A DNA stretch of 64,000 nucleotides from an uncultured Candidatus Bathyarchaeia archaeon (GTDB lineage: Archaea; Thermoproteota; CALKCG01; B24; DRYS01). The notes under the pieces are model-generated. The model was not told the origin of the DNA, ran no database searches, and saw nothing but the letters and a program-made list of their open reading frames with translations. Location of the stretch: assembly GCA_964491605.1 (NCBI GenBank), contig CAZBGY010000001.1:23694-87693 (forward strand), read 5' to 3'. Made by a program: the position numbers and the translations under genes. Below, one piece after another: positions 49,245-59,289 of the stretch. The first letter of the stretch is position 1. The number at the start of each line of letters is the position of its first letter.

Positions 49245-49579
49245 TGGATATAGGTTATCGCGAAGCTCCTACAGCTTGAGCTTCGCTAGATGCATTACTG
49301 CTACCGGAACCTACAGCTCGAGTTAGGGTGAATCTTATGAAGCCTCTAGCAGCAAGGGTAGATGAACTTCTGCTGACGAAGGGCAGAAGGGATGAATAGC
49401 AAGGACAATAGCGTAATGCTTAGTAGCGAAGAGCTAGATGTCTAGATGTGTCGTCTTTAGGTTAAGGGAAAGATATGTTTCTGGGGTAATCGCATGGTTG
49501 TCATAATGCTACCTGAAAAGCTATACGGTATAGTAAGGGTTTAAGTTAAATAGAGCGTGTATATAGGCTAGATATAGGC

Positions 49580-52500
49580 TTGAAGAAGTTATTCGTATCG
49601 ATCATAGTAATACTTATACTCTTACAAGTCTATCGATCTCCACCCCTCCACGGATCCCCGCCGACGATACCTTCAACCATACCTCTAACTAACCATATCC
49701 CTGAATGTATAAGTGGGATCTCTACGCGACGTAGTAATCTGAATATCTTCATAATCGAGTTAACGGATATCGCTGGTCTCCAGGATCTCTTCTCATACGA
49801 TATCAAGGTAAGATACATCTCGAGAACTATGCCCGTAGTATTCGTGGAAGCCTCGGAAGACAAACTGGATTCTATCATTAGGAATCGTTATGTTAAATCG
49901 GTGTGGACGGATAGCCTAGTTGAGCTTGCAGATATAGATATACTAGGCTGTAGATTCGTCCTTTCAAGCTACAAAGTTATGCCTCTAAACGAAACGATCA
50001 AGATGATAAATGCTAGTATACTGTGGGATATGGGATATACCGGTAAAGGTATACGTATAGCTATAGTGGATACGGGTGTAGATACCAGTCATCCAGATTT
50101 CCGTTTCGCTAACGGTACGAGTAAGATCGTGGAATCCATCTCGTTCATCGAGGGTGAGGATGCTGAGGATAGGCATGGGCATGGAACGGCTATGGCTGGT
50201 ATAGCAGCTGGCTCAGGTTTAGCGTCCAACGGTAGGTTTAAAGGTGTTGCTCCAGATGCTCTTATCATAAATGTTAAAGCATTTAAAGCTGAAGGGTTAG
50301 AAGCATATTCGACTATAGAGATTCTATTTAAAGCTTTAGAGTATCTAGATTCGGTTAAACCGAACGTTATATGTGCTGCATGGGGTGTATATCCGCCTCT
50401 ATCTGAAGATCATCCCTTCAATAGGCTTGTGAAGAGGCTTATCGATCAAGGAGTAGTATTCGTAGCTGCTGCAGGTAATCTAGGCTACCATTGGACGGTT
50501 GTATCGCCTTCATCCACACCGTCGGTGATATCTGTAGGTGCGGCTACGCGGAATGGTGTAGCGTTTTTCTCGTCCAAAGGTCCAGATCCATATAGCTTGA
50601 GGTATGTGCCTCTAGTGGTAGCTCCGGGTGTTAGAATTGTAGCTCCGGGTAGCGGTGTGCTGTACGATAGATTCAAGTATGACAGCTATGAAGGTTATAT
50701 GGAGATATCCGGTACATCACCCGCTACGGCTCATGTAGTAGGGGTTGTAGCCCTCCTTCTATCCGCTAAGCCTTGGCTCATATCTCAAGCTTTACTAGCT
50801 GGGCTGATTGCTTCAGCTAAGCCATTCAAAAATGTAGATTATACAGAGCAGGGAGCTGGACTTGTGGATGCCTACAGCTGTCTTAGGATGCTCGAGGAAA
50901 ACCTACAGCCTTTAGAGATCAGAATTCCCATAGAATACAATAGCGGGCTTAGATCTATAGCTCTCGATCGGAGAGAAGTTGTCTCCGCGTCTCGCTATCA
51001 CAAGGTTTATGGAAACTATACGATGATCGGTAACGGTTTATTCCATCTAATCGTATCGGAGAAAGCTATACCTACATGGCTATTCTACGGTAAGATCCAA
51101 GCATTGGACAGGATATCTATATCGATCCTACCTACAGGTTCAACCCTATGGATACCTCAAGAATCCATGATAGCTACCGTAGGATTCAAGCTAACTAACT
51201 TCACAGATAGATGGTGGAGCGGATACTCTGATCTTGAGTATGGAGGATTTAGGATTCGTATAGAGGTAACCATACCGTTGGATCAACCATATATAGAGCT
51301 TAAATTATCGATGATTAGCGGAGATATAGATCTTCTGAACTTCACTTTAGCACCATCGGCGATGCTAGGCTTCTCTGAAGCTGCTTATCTAGGAGGGCTT
51401 GAAGGCTTCATCATCTGGAGCAGCTATATGGTTCTAGGTTTAGCCTCCATCGATAGGCCTTACAGCTATCTTATAAGTGGATATAGAGATGCCTATATGG
51501 CTAACCCTGAAAACGTAACGTTAACCCTAAAGGTTAGCGATAATCCTATCAAAATATACATCGCTATATCTAGCTCCTATAGGGAGGTATCCTCGCTATT
51601 TCCATCTCTGATAGGTAGAAGCGTTAAGGAAGCTTTCCTGAAGCCTATAGAAGCTATAAGGGTTCTCCCACCAGGTTCATCTAGCATTTTTAGACTTCTC
51701 GTGAGGAATCTCGGAGTTGGTAGGGATGCTAGGATCTCTATGAGTATTACAGGCTTCTCCACCGACGGCATATATAATTACAGTATGGATTACCGCCTAC
51801 ACCTAGACGGGTATACAGATAACTACTATGAATTCCGATTACCGAAGCTTTCTGAAGGATTCTATAGGATCTCATTCGAACTAGAGAATTTACCGGGTGA
51901 AGTCCATAGATCATATGATAAGTTTGTATCAGATTTATATGTAGGTCTATACCCCAGGATATTATCCGCTTTACCCTCGATTCTCGATGGCATCGAAAAG
52001 CCTTTCATACTCATGTATCCCGGGGATATCGATTACCTAAACGTAACGCTCGTATCTTCTATTCCTATCTCCCGGGTTAAAGCTTCCATCGAAGGGGATG
52101 CAGCTTACATATTCAGGGTGTACTCTATCAAGAATATAGGCTTCCAGGTGTATGCCTCTGTCTACGGATATATACCTGACGACCAGAAACCGGCGGTATA
52201 TAACGGAAGCCTGGTATTCGAAATAGATGGCGGTATCACCGTCTCCATACCTATAAGTGTAACTGTACGTGAACCTATAGCCGTCGTTCTATGGCATGAT
52301 AGGCTGGATTTCATACCTGGTAGAAACGATCTATATTTATGGTATACCGATCTATGGAGGGATTCCGCTCTTAGAGGTATAAGGCTTATCCCTGCTAGCC
52401 TCCATATGGTACAGCCTAGAAGGATTGACTTCCTAATTCTCCCGGATCCGTACTATAGCTACCAGGATGTACGTTCGATGTTAGACTACTTCCTAGATCG

Positions 52501-53419
52501 TGATGGCTCTGTAGCTATACTTGCCGGTCCAGCTATCTTCGCTCTTAGATACGGTTATAGAACGATACTCAGGGAGTATGGGTTGGAAGCAGTTGAGGAG
52601 CCATATTTCAGATGGAGTAACTCCTCGATTAAGCTAGATCTATATGGGTTCGAAGATTTAGCATCGCTGAATCTAACGGTAGCCTACGGCATATTCTTTA
52701 ATATATCCACACCCCTCTTACGAGGATCGCTTCAAGTTATGTTTAAATCTATGGAGGTCGGTCCATACGGATTTCTCAATGTGTCAAGTAGTTTCTATCT
52801 CTCATTCATCTATAGAAGTCTAGATGGTAGGTTTAACGTATTCGTACACTCTAGCGTTTATAGCTTCGATGACCTATGGTGTAGATTAAGCTATAGTGTT
52901 AAATGGGATGTCGAGGAAGGTAAGCTTATCGGTTATATAGAGCCCACCGAGAACGCTATGGCCGAGAATATAGATCTCCTAACCAGTATCGTATCGAAGA
53001 TGTCTAATAAGCCTCCACGGATATTATCGCTGAATATTTTGGATAGTAGAGTGGAGCAGATGTTCGAATCATATACGGTGATAGTGGTAGCTAGAGATAA
53101 TGAAACCAGCAGAGATAAGCTTAATGTAACGCTTAAGGTAACGAAGCCCAACGGGTCTACGCTATGTATAGGCGGATTATATGTAGCCGACGGGTCCTTC
53201 ATACTATCCTACACCCCAGGTATGAACGATCCAGTAGGGATATATCAAGCTGTAATTAGGGTTGAAGATGGGTTGCATGCCTATGTCGAAAGGATTTTAA
53301 GGTTTGAAGTTATACCTCCTGTTAGAAGTATGGTGATCATAGTTCTTCTAGTAGGGTTATCCTTCATAGCTATAGGTTATATGTTAGGTAGAAGAGCTAG
53401 GTTGAAGATTCACGGGTAG
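49580..53419 (+). CDS. cell-surface subtilisin-like serine protease (S8 family), 1279 aa, signal peptide and C-terminal TM anchor
   Basis: Asp (IAIVDTGVD), His (HGHGTAMAGIAAG) and Ser (SGTSPATAHVVG) triad motifs. N-terminal hydrophobic signal, about 850 aa of beta-rich extension, and a C-terminal TM helix followed by the basic tail RRARLKIHG. Confidence 0.8.
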   Translation: MKKLFVSIIVILILLQVYRSPPLHGSPPTIPSTIPLTNHIPECISGISTRRSNLNIFIIELTDIAGLQDLFSYDIKVRYISRTMPVVFVEASEDKLDSIIRNRYVKSVWTDSLVELADIDILGCRFVLSSYKVMPLNETIKMINASILWDMGYTGKGIRIAIVDTGVDTSHPDFRFANGTSKIVESISFIEGEDAEDRHGHGTAMAGIAAGSGLASNGRFKGVAPDALIINVKAFKAEGLEAYSTIEILFKALEYLDSVKPNVICAAWGVYPPLSEDHPFNRLVKRLIDQGVVFVAAAGNLGYHWTVVSPSSTPSVISVGAATRNGVAFFSSKGPDPYSLRYVPLVVAPGVRIVAPGSGVLYDRFKYDSYEGYMEISGTSPATAHVVGVVALLLSAKPWLISQALLAGLIASAKPFKNVDYTEQGAGLVDAYSCLRMLEENLQPLEIRIPIEYNSGLRSIALDRREVVSASRYHKVYGNYTMIGNGLFHLIVSEKAIPTWLFYGKIQALDRISISILPTGSTLWIPQESMIATVGFKLTNFTDRWWSGYSDLEYGGFRIRIEVTIPLDQPYIELKLSMISGDIDLLNFTLAPSAMLGFSEAAYLGGLEGFIIWSSYMVLGLASIDRPYSYLISGYRDAYMANPENVTLTLKVSDNPIKIYIAISSSYREVSSLFPSLIGRSVKEAFLKPIEAIRVLPPGSSSIFRLLVRNLGVGRDARISMSITGFSTDGIYNYSMDYRLHLDGYTDNYYEFRLPKLSEGFYRISFELENLPGEVHRSYDKFVSDLYVGLYPRILSALPSILDGIEKPFILMYPGDIDYLNVTLVSSIPISRVKASIEGDAAYIFRVYSIKNIGFQVYASVYGYIPDDQKPAVYNGSLVFEIDGGITVSIPISVTVREPIAVVLWHDRLDFIPGRNDLYLWYTDLWRDSALRGIRLIPASLHMVQPRRIDFLILPDPYYSYQDVRSMLDYFLDRDGSVAILAGPAIFALRYGYRTILREYGLEAVEEPYFRWSNSSIKLDLYGFEDLASLNLTVAYGIFFNISTPLLRGSLQVMFKSMEVGPYGFLNVSSSFYLSFIYRSLDGRFNVFVHSSVYSFDDLWCRLSYSVKWDVEEGKLIGYIEPTENAMAENIDLLTSIVSKMSNKPPRILSLNILDSRVEQMFESYTVIVVARDNETSRDKLNVTLKVTKPNGSTLCIGGLYVADGSFILSYTPGMNDPVGIYQAVIRVEDGLHAYVERILRFEVIPPVRSMVIIVLLVGLSFIAIGYMLGRRARLKIHG

Positions 53420-53759
53420 ATAGCACCTTCGCTATTTCTTGGAAGAGCTTCATCGAAGACATATCTACCACGGGTATCTGCCCACCTCTAGGTATAGATT
53501 TGAACCTTTCATATTTAGGACATCGTGTGAAGCATATTTGGCTTATGATAAACTCGCCTGTCTCTATCTCATGTTCGAAGGATTTTTCAGGTACTTCCAT
53601 GCATATAAGGTATCCATCCACCCAGAATAGCTTAGATACTTCCATAGTCGAGGAGCACCATATAAGCTCATCCTCACTCTTCCTATGATCCAACCCGAGA
53701 ATCTTAACCTTCCTACTCATAGCCAGCTCTACATCCATCTCATCCATCCTCCTAAACAA
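53397..53759 (-). CDS. hypothetical protein (120 aa)
   Basis: ORF abutting the upstream 121-aa ORF (1-nt gap). Its 3' end overlaps the 3' end of the convergent protease gene by 23 nt. Confidence 0.3.
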   Translation of the reverse strand: MFRRMDEMDVELAMSRKVKILGLDHRKSEDELIWCSSTMEVSKLFWVDGYLICMEVPEKSFEHEIETGEFIISQICFTRCPKYERFKSIPRGGQIPVVDMSSMKLFQEIAKVLSTRESST

Positions 53760-53760
53760 T

Positions 53761-54126
53761 CTAATCCTTCAATTCGAAACCTAAAGCTTTAGCTACCTTC
53801 TTAATACCTTCGAATGTTATCGTAGTAACCCCTTTAACCACCTCATCTCTAGTAGGGATTATCATATAGCCCTTATATAGCCCTGATACATTAGCTATGT
53901 AGAACACCTGTAAAGCGAAGAGAAGGAGATTCAGCTGGCGTGCAGAAAGGCTTCTAGCTAATATCTCATATTCTTCGTCGGATATCGTAACCCTACGCAT
54001 GAAGGATTCCTTTATACCTGTAGGCTCTTCATCCATAGCATCGAGTATATCGTATACCGTTACACCATACTCTTTGAGTAAATCGCTTAACGCTTTTTTC
54101 AGATGTACATATTCGTAGGGCATCAA
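53761..54126 (-). CDS. hypothetical protein (121 aa)
   Basis: First gene of a small two-gene minus-strand unit; no recognisable motifs. Confidence 0.3.
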   Translation of the reverse strand: MMPYEYVHLKKALSDLLKEYGVTVYDILDAMDEEPTGIKESFMRRVTISDEEYEILARSLSARQLNLLLFALQVFYIANVSGLYKGYMIIPTRDEVVKGVTTITFEGIKKVAKALGFELKD

Positions 54127-54212
54127 TTTTTCGATAGATTGGATAAAGCTATATAAACTATTACGCCCTAAGGGGAAGATTTAATATAGGCTAAGCTTAA
54201 TCCTTAGAAGCC

Positions 54213-55007
54213 GTGAATCTGGTAGACTACCATATACACACATATCTATGCGGACATGCAGTTGGCAAACCAGTAGATTACGTCAAGGCAGCTCTATCCG
54301 CTAACCTAATCGAAGTAGGTATATCGGATCATCTAAGCCTCTCCCTACCTGAGGATTCTATACCGTTAGATAAGCTGCAACTCTACATAGATATGGTCGA
54401 GGAGGCTAAACATCTATACGAAGATAGGATTAAAGTAAGGCTTGGATTCGAAGTCGAGTATTCATGCAATAACATCGAATCTATAGCAGGCATACTTGGA
54501 TCTATAGATGAGCTTGATTATACGTTGCTATCAATCCATAAGATAGATGGATGGGTTATTAATAGCTCTAAATCCAGGGATAGGTATATGGGAATAGATC
54601 TATACAAGCTATACGAGGAATACTTCGATCTGGTATGCGAAGCTGCTTCGCTTAAACTATTCCAGGTAATCGCTCATATAGATTTACCTAAAATCTTCGG
54701 TTTCAAGCCGCGTGAGGATATGAAACCGTTATACGAGGATGTTGCTAGGAGGTTAGCTAAAGCTGGTGTATGCGTTGAGATTAATACTTCTGGGTTGAGA
54801 AAGCCTGTAGCCGAAGTCTATCCTGCTAGAGAATTTCTAGAAGTATTGAGAAGGTATAACGTACCTGTAACGCTTGGCTCTGATGCGCATAAACCTGAAG
54901 ATGTAGCATACCGTTTCGAAGATGCTATCGATATAATCTCCAAAGCAGGATACAGGCATATATCGGTATTCGAAAGGAAGCGGAGAGTGGATATACCTAT
55001 CTTCTGA
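54213..55007 (+). CDS. hisJ: PHP-family histidinol-phosphatase-like phosphoesterase
   Basis: N-terminal DYHIHT..CGHA and later GISDH metal-binding motifs of the HisJ/PHP family. Confidence 0.65.
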   Translation: MNLVDYHIHTYLCGHAVGKPVDYVKAALSANLIEVGISDHLSLSLPEDSIPLDKLQLYIDMVEEAKHLYEDRIKVRLGFEVEYSCNNIESIAGILGSIDELDYTLLSIHKIDGWVINSSKSRDRYMGIDLYKLYEEYFDLVCEAASLKLFQVIAHIDLPKIFGFKPREDMKPLYEDVARRLAKAGVCVEINTSGLRKPVAEVYPAREFLEVLRRYNVPVTLGSDAHKPEDVAYRFEDAIDIISKAGYRHISVFERKRRVDIPIF

Positions 55008-55626
55008 ATAGTTCGATCCACATCCTCATCCTCTCCATATACGATTTAAACCTAGCGTCATCATAGAGTTCTGCGATCATCCTCCATAGATCTGAAGGTT
55101 TCCTAGATCTAGCGATCGCATGTAGTATTTTCATACAATCTATTAGTGCTGGGTATTTAGGTTTAAGAGGCAGTTCTAACGCTAGAGGTAGCTCTATATC
55201 CACTAGCGATAAGGTTATCGGCGATATAGAGCCTACCAGTAAGCCGGATTTCAGTTTAAAGAAGCTAGGTACCCCCTTCTTCTGGAGTCTTAGAGGATCT
55301 ATCAGTCTTCTGATGTTCTTCTTCGCATAACCATGTATCTCTACGTAAATTGAAGGCTTAAACCTTCGTATCAGCCATATTAAGTTCAATCCGGCTTCCG
55401 ATTCATAGAACGATAGGCTTAACGTAGTTTTATACTGCGAGTCGAACGATACTCTAGGTACGAATATGAAGTAGCCTACAATCCTCCAACTTGCAGATCG
55501 AATCATCGGTTCTAAAAGTTTCGATACGGCCCATTCGCGTCCATGTAGCCCTCCTACAACCAGCTTGACAGGCAGCCCGCCGCCTTTAGCCGCTATATTT
55601 TCAATTAGCCTATCATAGTTATACAT
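54997..55626 (-). CDS. hypothetical protein with GGxHGxE zinc-hydrolase-like motif
   Basis: LVVGGLHGREW resembles the zinc-ligand motif of AstE/AspA/M14-like hydrolases. The protein is only 209 aa, so it may be a degenerate or minimal member. Confidence 0.3.
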   Translation of the reverse strand: MYNYDRLIENIAAKGGGLPVKLVVGGLHGREWAVSKLLEPMIRSASWRIVGYFIFVPRVSFDSQYKTTLSLSFYESEAGLNLIWLIRRFKPSIYVEIHGYAKKNIRRLIDPLRLQKKGVPSFFKLKSGLLVGSISPITLSLVDIELPLALELPLKPKYPALIDCMKILHAIARSRKPSDLWRMIAELYDDARFKSYMERMRMWIELFRR

Positions 55627-55712
55627 AGCCTGATCTAAGTTAGATTTAATCTATAACAGCGGTACGCGAATATATAGTATAAGGCTATCTAAGCGTAGAG
55701 TGGTAGTCATAG

Positions 55713-56363
55713 ATGATGGTGGCAGGTCTTGATGAAGCCGGTAGAGGAGCTATCATCGGCCCACTTATACTTTGCGGTATTATGGTGGATGAAAGTAGCA
55801 TCGGGAAGCTAGTAGAGATTGGTGTTAAGGATTCTAAACTGCTCTCTAGGAAGCAAAGGATTAAGCTTAGAGATGAAATACTTAGGATCGCTTCAGATTA
55901 TCGTATAATAGAGATTCCCCCATGTGGGATAGATTTGGCTGTACGTATACATAGATTCAACCATCTCGAAGCTAAATACTTCTCTGAAATCATCGATCAG
56001 CTTAAACCAGATGTAGCCTACGTAGATTCCCCTCTACGTAACTATAGAAGATTCTCGGTTATGATAGAATCGTATTGTAGGCGGGAATATCAAATAATAG
56101 CACTATGTCATGCCGATAGAGATATACCGGTGGTATCCGCCGCGTCGATAATAGCAAAAACTAAGAGGGATGATATTATAGAGAGCTATGCGAGGATTTA
56201 CGGAGAACTAGGATCCGGTTACCCCTCAGACCGAAAGACCATAGAATTCCTTTACAACTCTCTAGAGAAGGCTGAAGCCGACGGTATAGTGCGTAGAAGT
56301 TGGCGTACATACTCATCTATAATACGTATGAAGAAGCAGATACGTATCGATAGATATCTATAA
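55713..56363 (+). CDS. rnhB: ribonuclease HII
   Basis: N-terminal catalytic motif GLDEAGRGAIIGPL and DSK region; 216 aa. Confidence 0.9.
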   Translation: MMVAGLDEAGRGAIIGPLILCGIMVDESSIGKLVEIGVKDSKLLSRKQRIKLRDEILRIASDYRIIEIPPCGIDLAVRIHRFNHLEAKYFSEIIDQLKPDVAYVDSPLRNYRRFSVMIESYCRREYQIIALCHADRDIPVVSAASIIAKTKRDDIIESYARIYGELGSGYPSDRKTIEFLYNSLEKAEADGIVRRSWRTYSSIIRMKKQIRIDRYL

Positions 56364-56409
56364 CCATGAAAAGATTAATCTAGTTAAAGTATCGAAGAAG
56401 ATCTGCTAG

Positions 56410-57747
56410 GTGTATGTTTTGGAGTTTAAGATCGTAGGTGGATCTATAGTTACGATGAGTGAAAAGGGTATCATTAAAGATGGATGTATAGTTATAGAGG
56501 ATGGGAGAATAATCGATATAGGATCTAGGGAGATCACGTCTAGATATCCAAGATATGAAGCGATAAATGCCGAGGGATGCGTAACTATACCTGGCTTAAT
56601 CAATTGTCACCATCACATAGCTATGGGTCTGCTGAGGGGGTATGCAGATGATCTAGCTCTCTCCGAATGGCTTGAGAAATGGGTATGGCCTTTCGAATCT
56701 AAACTAACAGGTTACGATATATATGTAGGCGCTCTACTCACGGCTATCGAATCAGTGCTTTCAGGTTGCACTACCGTGAATACTATGTACCATTACGCTC
56801 CAAATTATAACGAAGCGAAAGCCGTGATGGATTCAGGTATGAGGGGGATTATAGGTCATGTATGCTTCTCATGGCGTAAAGAGAATGATCTTAAACTCAT
56901 CGATAACCTATACAGGGAATGGCATGGCAGGGATAGACGTATAAGAGTCTCCATAGATCCGCATGCATGCTATACAGTCGATCCTAATTATATGATCGAA
57001 CTCCATGGATTATGCTTAGAGCTTAACGACAAGAATCCTGAAAACCCTGTTATAGTTCATACACATCTAGCTGAAACAAAGGATGAACCGATGAAGGTGG
57101 AGAAAGCCTTCGGTGTAGAGGTAGGTGGGAGTATAGTATCGTATATGGAGAAGCTTGGAGTATTGGACGAATACACCGTTGCTGCACACTGTGTGCATGT
57201 ATCAGAGGAGGATATATCAATACTAGCTAGGCGAAGGGTTAAAGTCGTGCATTGTCCTGTCTCCAATCTTAAACTAGCCTCAGGTATCGCGCCCATACCT
57301 GATATGCTGAAGAGAGGAGTGCATGTAGCTATAGGTACGGATAGTGTATGCTCGCATAATCGTTCAGATATGTTTGAAACAATGAAGTTCGCTGCTTTAA
57401 TCCATAAAGGGATACGTACGGATCCGACAGTTATGCCTGCATGGATCGTTCTGAGGTCCGCGACAATATCGGGTGCTGAAGCTTTAATGTGGGATAGATT
57501 GGGTGCTATAAAGCTTGGATATAATGCTGATATAGCTGTTCTAGATTTCCGTAAACCGCATCTAACCCCTCTATATGATGAGTATAGCCACCTTGTCTAT
57601 ACGGCTAGAGGTTCTGATGTAAGGTATGTATTCGTAGATGGTAGACTAATAGTGGATGAAGGATACGTAACTACGATAGATGTAGAATGGCTTCTAGAGG
57701 AAGCTGTGAAGGTAAGGGATAGAGTATTGGAGAGGCTTCGCGGCTAG
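56410..57747 (+). CDS. mtaD: 5'-methylthioadenosine / S-adenosylhomocysteine deaminase (amidohydrolase)
   Basis: HxH metal motif (INCHHHIAM), the conserved downstream His and Asp (HTHLAET..., GTDS), 445 aa. Confidence 0.8.
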   Translation: MYVLEFKIVGGSIVTMSEKGIIKDGCIVIEDGRIIDIGSREITSRYPRYEAINAEGCVTIPGLINCHHHIAMGLLRGYADDLALSEWLEKWVWPFESKLTGYDIYVGALLTAIESVLSGCTTVNTMYHYAPNYNEAKAVMDSGMRGIIGHVCFSWRKENDLKLIDNLYREWHGRDRRIRVSIDPHACYTVDPNYMIELHGLCLELNDKNPENPVIVHTHLAETKDEPMKVEKAFGVEVGGSIVSYMEKLGVLDEYTVAAHCVHVSEEDISILARRRVKVVHCPVSNLKLASGIAPIPDMLKRGVHVAIGTDSVCSHNRSDMFETMKFAALIHKGIRTDPTVMPAWIVLRSATISGAEALMWDRLGAIKLGYNADIAVLDFRKPHLTPLYDEYSHLVYTARGSDVRYVFVDGRLIVDEGYVTTIDVEWLLEEAVKVRDRVLERLRG

Positions 57748-59225
57748 TATAGCAGTTCAACGTTATTCTGGAAGCCGAACTTCTCTATGATGGAGTCTGT
57801 TATAGATACTACGCCTAGATCATACATCCTACGGAACTCTATATCCTCATTATAAAGCTCTATTATGCTATCTCTTATGTATCTTCTGCCCTTCTCATCC
57901 CTGATGTTGAGAGCTAGGAATAGATACGATTTAGCTAATATGGAGAGTGGATCTTTCACCCTAATCCAGCCATCCTTAACCCCGCATCTATATTCATCTA
58001 GCTTCGCTACGAGCTCATCAGAGTATAGAAGCCCTCTATTTTCCACTTCGCGCTCTAGATAATCGATTACTGTATCGAATAGCTCCTCATAGATACGGCG
58101 GCGTTTAGATCCTGGAGGCGAATTGTATAGTAGCTCTAATAGTAGCTCGTAGTATATACCTGAGATTTTCGTCTTAATCCTACCGCCCGTAGCTAAACGT
58201 AGCGTCTCGTATACTCTAGCCCCCTTCATAGATGAAGGTGTGAAACCGCTGGTTGAATGTATGGATAAGGTTGATCCTAGGGAATATGCTATAGCAGCAA
58301 GCATCGATACTCTGGATCTAAGCTCGGCTAGATCCCCTCTATAATCCATCCTCTTCTCGAATCCTATGTTAGGTGCTATAAACTCTGTATGCCCACCCAT
58401 CTCTCTCCATTCTCTGAGATAGTAGTATAAATCCTTAGTAGGAGTGATCATAGGGGTTTCATCGAAAGCTATCTCGAATCCGAAGAGGCCCCCTTCTATC
58501 CTATCCTCTATGTAGGAGTAGACTCTCCACGTAGCTTTCAAGCTATCGGCATACTTTACGGTAAGCCTTTTAACATCATCTACGGTGAACTCTATACTAT
58601 AGGATCTTCCATCGATCCATGGGAAAATCAATCTTCTACCGGTATATCTCTCGATAAGTTTGATCCTCTCAGTGGATTCGGGGATAGCCTCCTCGAACCG
58701 TTGATCGAGTTCATAGCCGGATAGATTATCAGCCGAGAAATCTATAAGAGAGCATGCGTCTACGGTGAAAGTGTTTATCTTATGTGTCGCTAGAGCTTCA
58801 TCTATCTCGCTAAAATTATACTTAAGCGAGGCTTCCAGTATATCGCTTCTTTTCCCAGATATCCTGCCAGTACCTATTATCCTAGAAACAGCTTCAGCTG
58901 TAGTAGCGCCTATTATCAAGTGATCAGCTTCTATCTCGACTATCACCCCCTCCCTCGTCGCGTGGGATGCGGCTTTCTCTATATACTCCGTTATGGATGT
59001 ACCTGTATGCCCGGTAGTTATATGGTATAAACCTGGAGCCGCATTTACGACGTAACTAGGTGCGGTTTCCCTTCCAAAAGATAGCATAAGCCCGGCTGCG
59101 GTTCTATGCTCCTTAAGCGATCTTAAGATTCCAGGTAGAACTATATCGGGTATCCTTATCCCGAATGCAGGATGCGGTAGAGATCCTATGTATCTAGGGG
59201 TTTCGATCCGCATAGGTATCTGCAA
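57744..59225 (-). CDS. hypothetical ~490-aa protein. It may be a UxaE-like hexuronate epimerase-family enzyme, but this is unverified.
   Basis: 493-aa soluble protein with no motif I can assign confidently. The size and a possible link to the UxaC-like gene elsewhere in the window suggest sugar-acid metabolism, but this is a guess. Confidence 0.3.
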   Translation of the reverse strand: MQIPMRIETPRYIGSLPHPAFGIRIPDIVLPGILRSLKEHRTAAGLMLSFGRETAPSYVVNAAPGLYHITTGHTGTSITEYIEKAASHATREGVIVEIEADHLIIGATTAEAVSRIIGTGRISGKRSDILEASLKYNFSEIDEALATHKINTFTVDACSLIDFSADNLSGYELDQRFEEAIPESTERIKLIERYTGRRLIFPWIDGRSYSIEFTVDDVKRLTVKYADSLKATWRVYSYIEDRIEGGLFGFEIAFDETPMITPTKDLYYYLREWREMGGHTEFIAPNIGFEKRMDYRGDLAELRSRVSMLAAIAYSLGSTLSIHSTSGFTPSSMKGARVYETLRLATGGRIKTKISGIYYELLLELLYNSPPGSKRRRIYEELFDTVIDYLEREVENRGLLYSDELVAKLDEYRCGVKDGWIRVKDPLSILAKSYLFLALNIRDEKGRRYIRDSIIELYNEDIEFRRMYDLGVVSITDSIIEKFGFQNNVELLY

Positions 59226-59289
59226 CCCCCTTACCTACTCCTTCGATAGGAGTAGATATAAGCGTTCCCTGATAGGATGTTAAATATAG

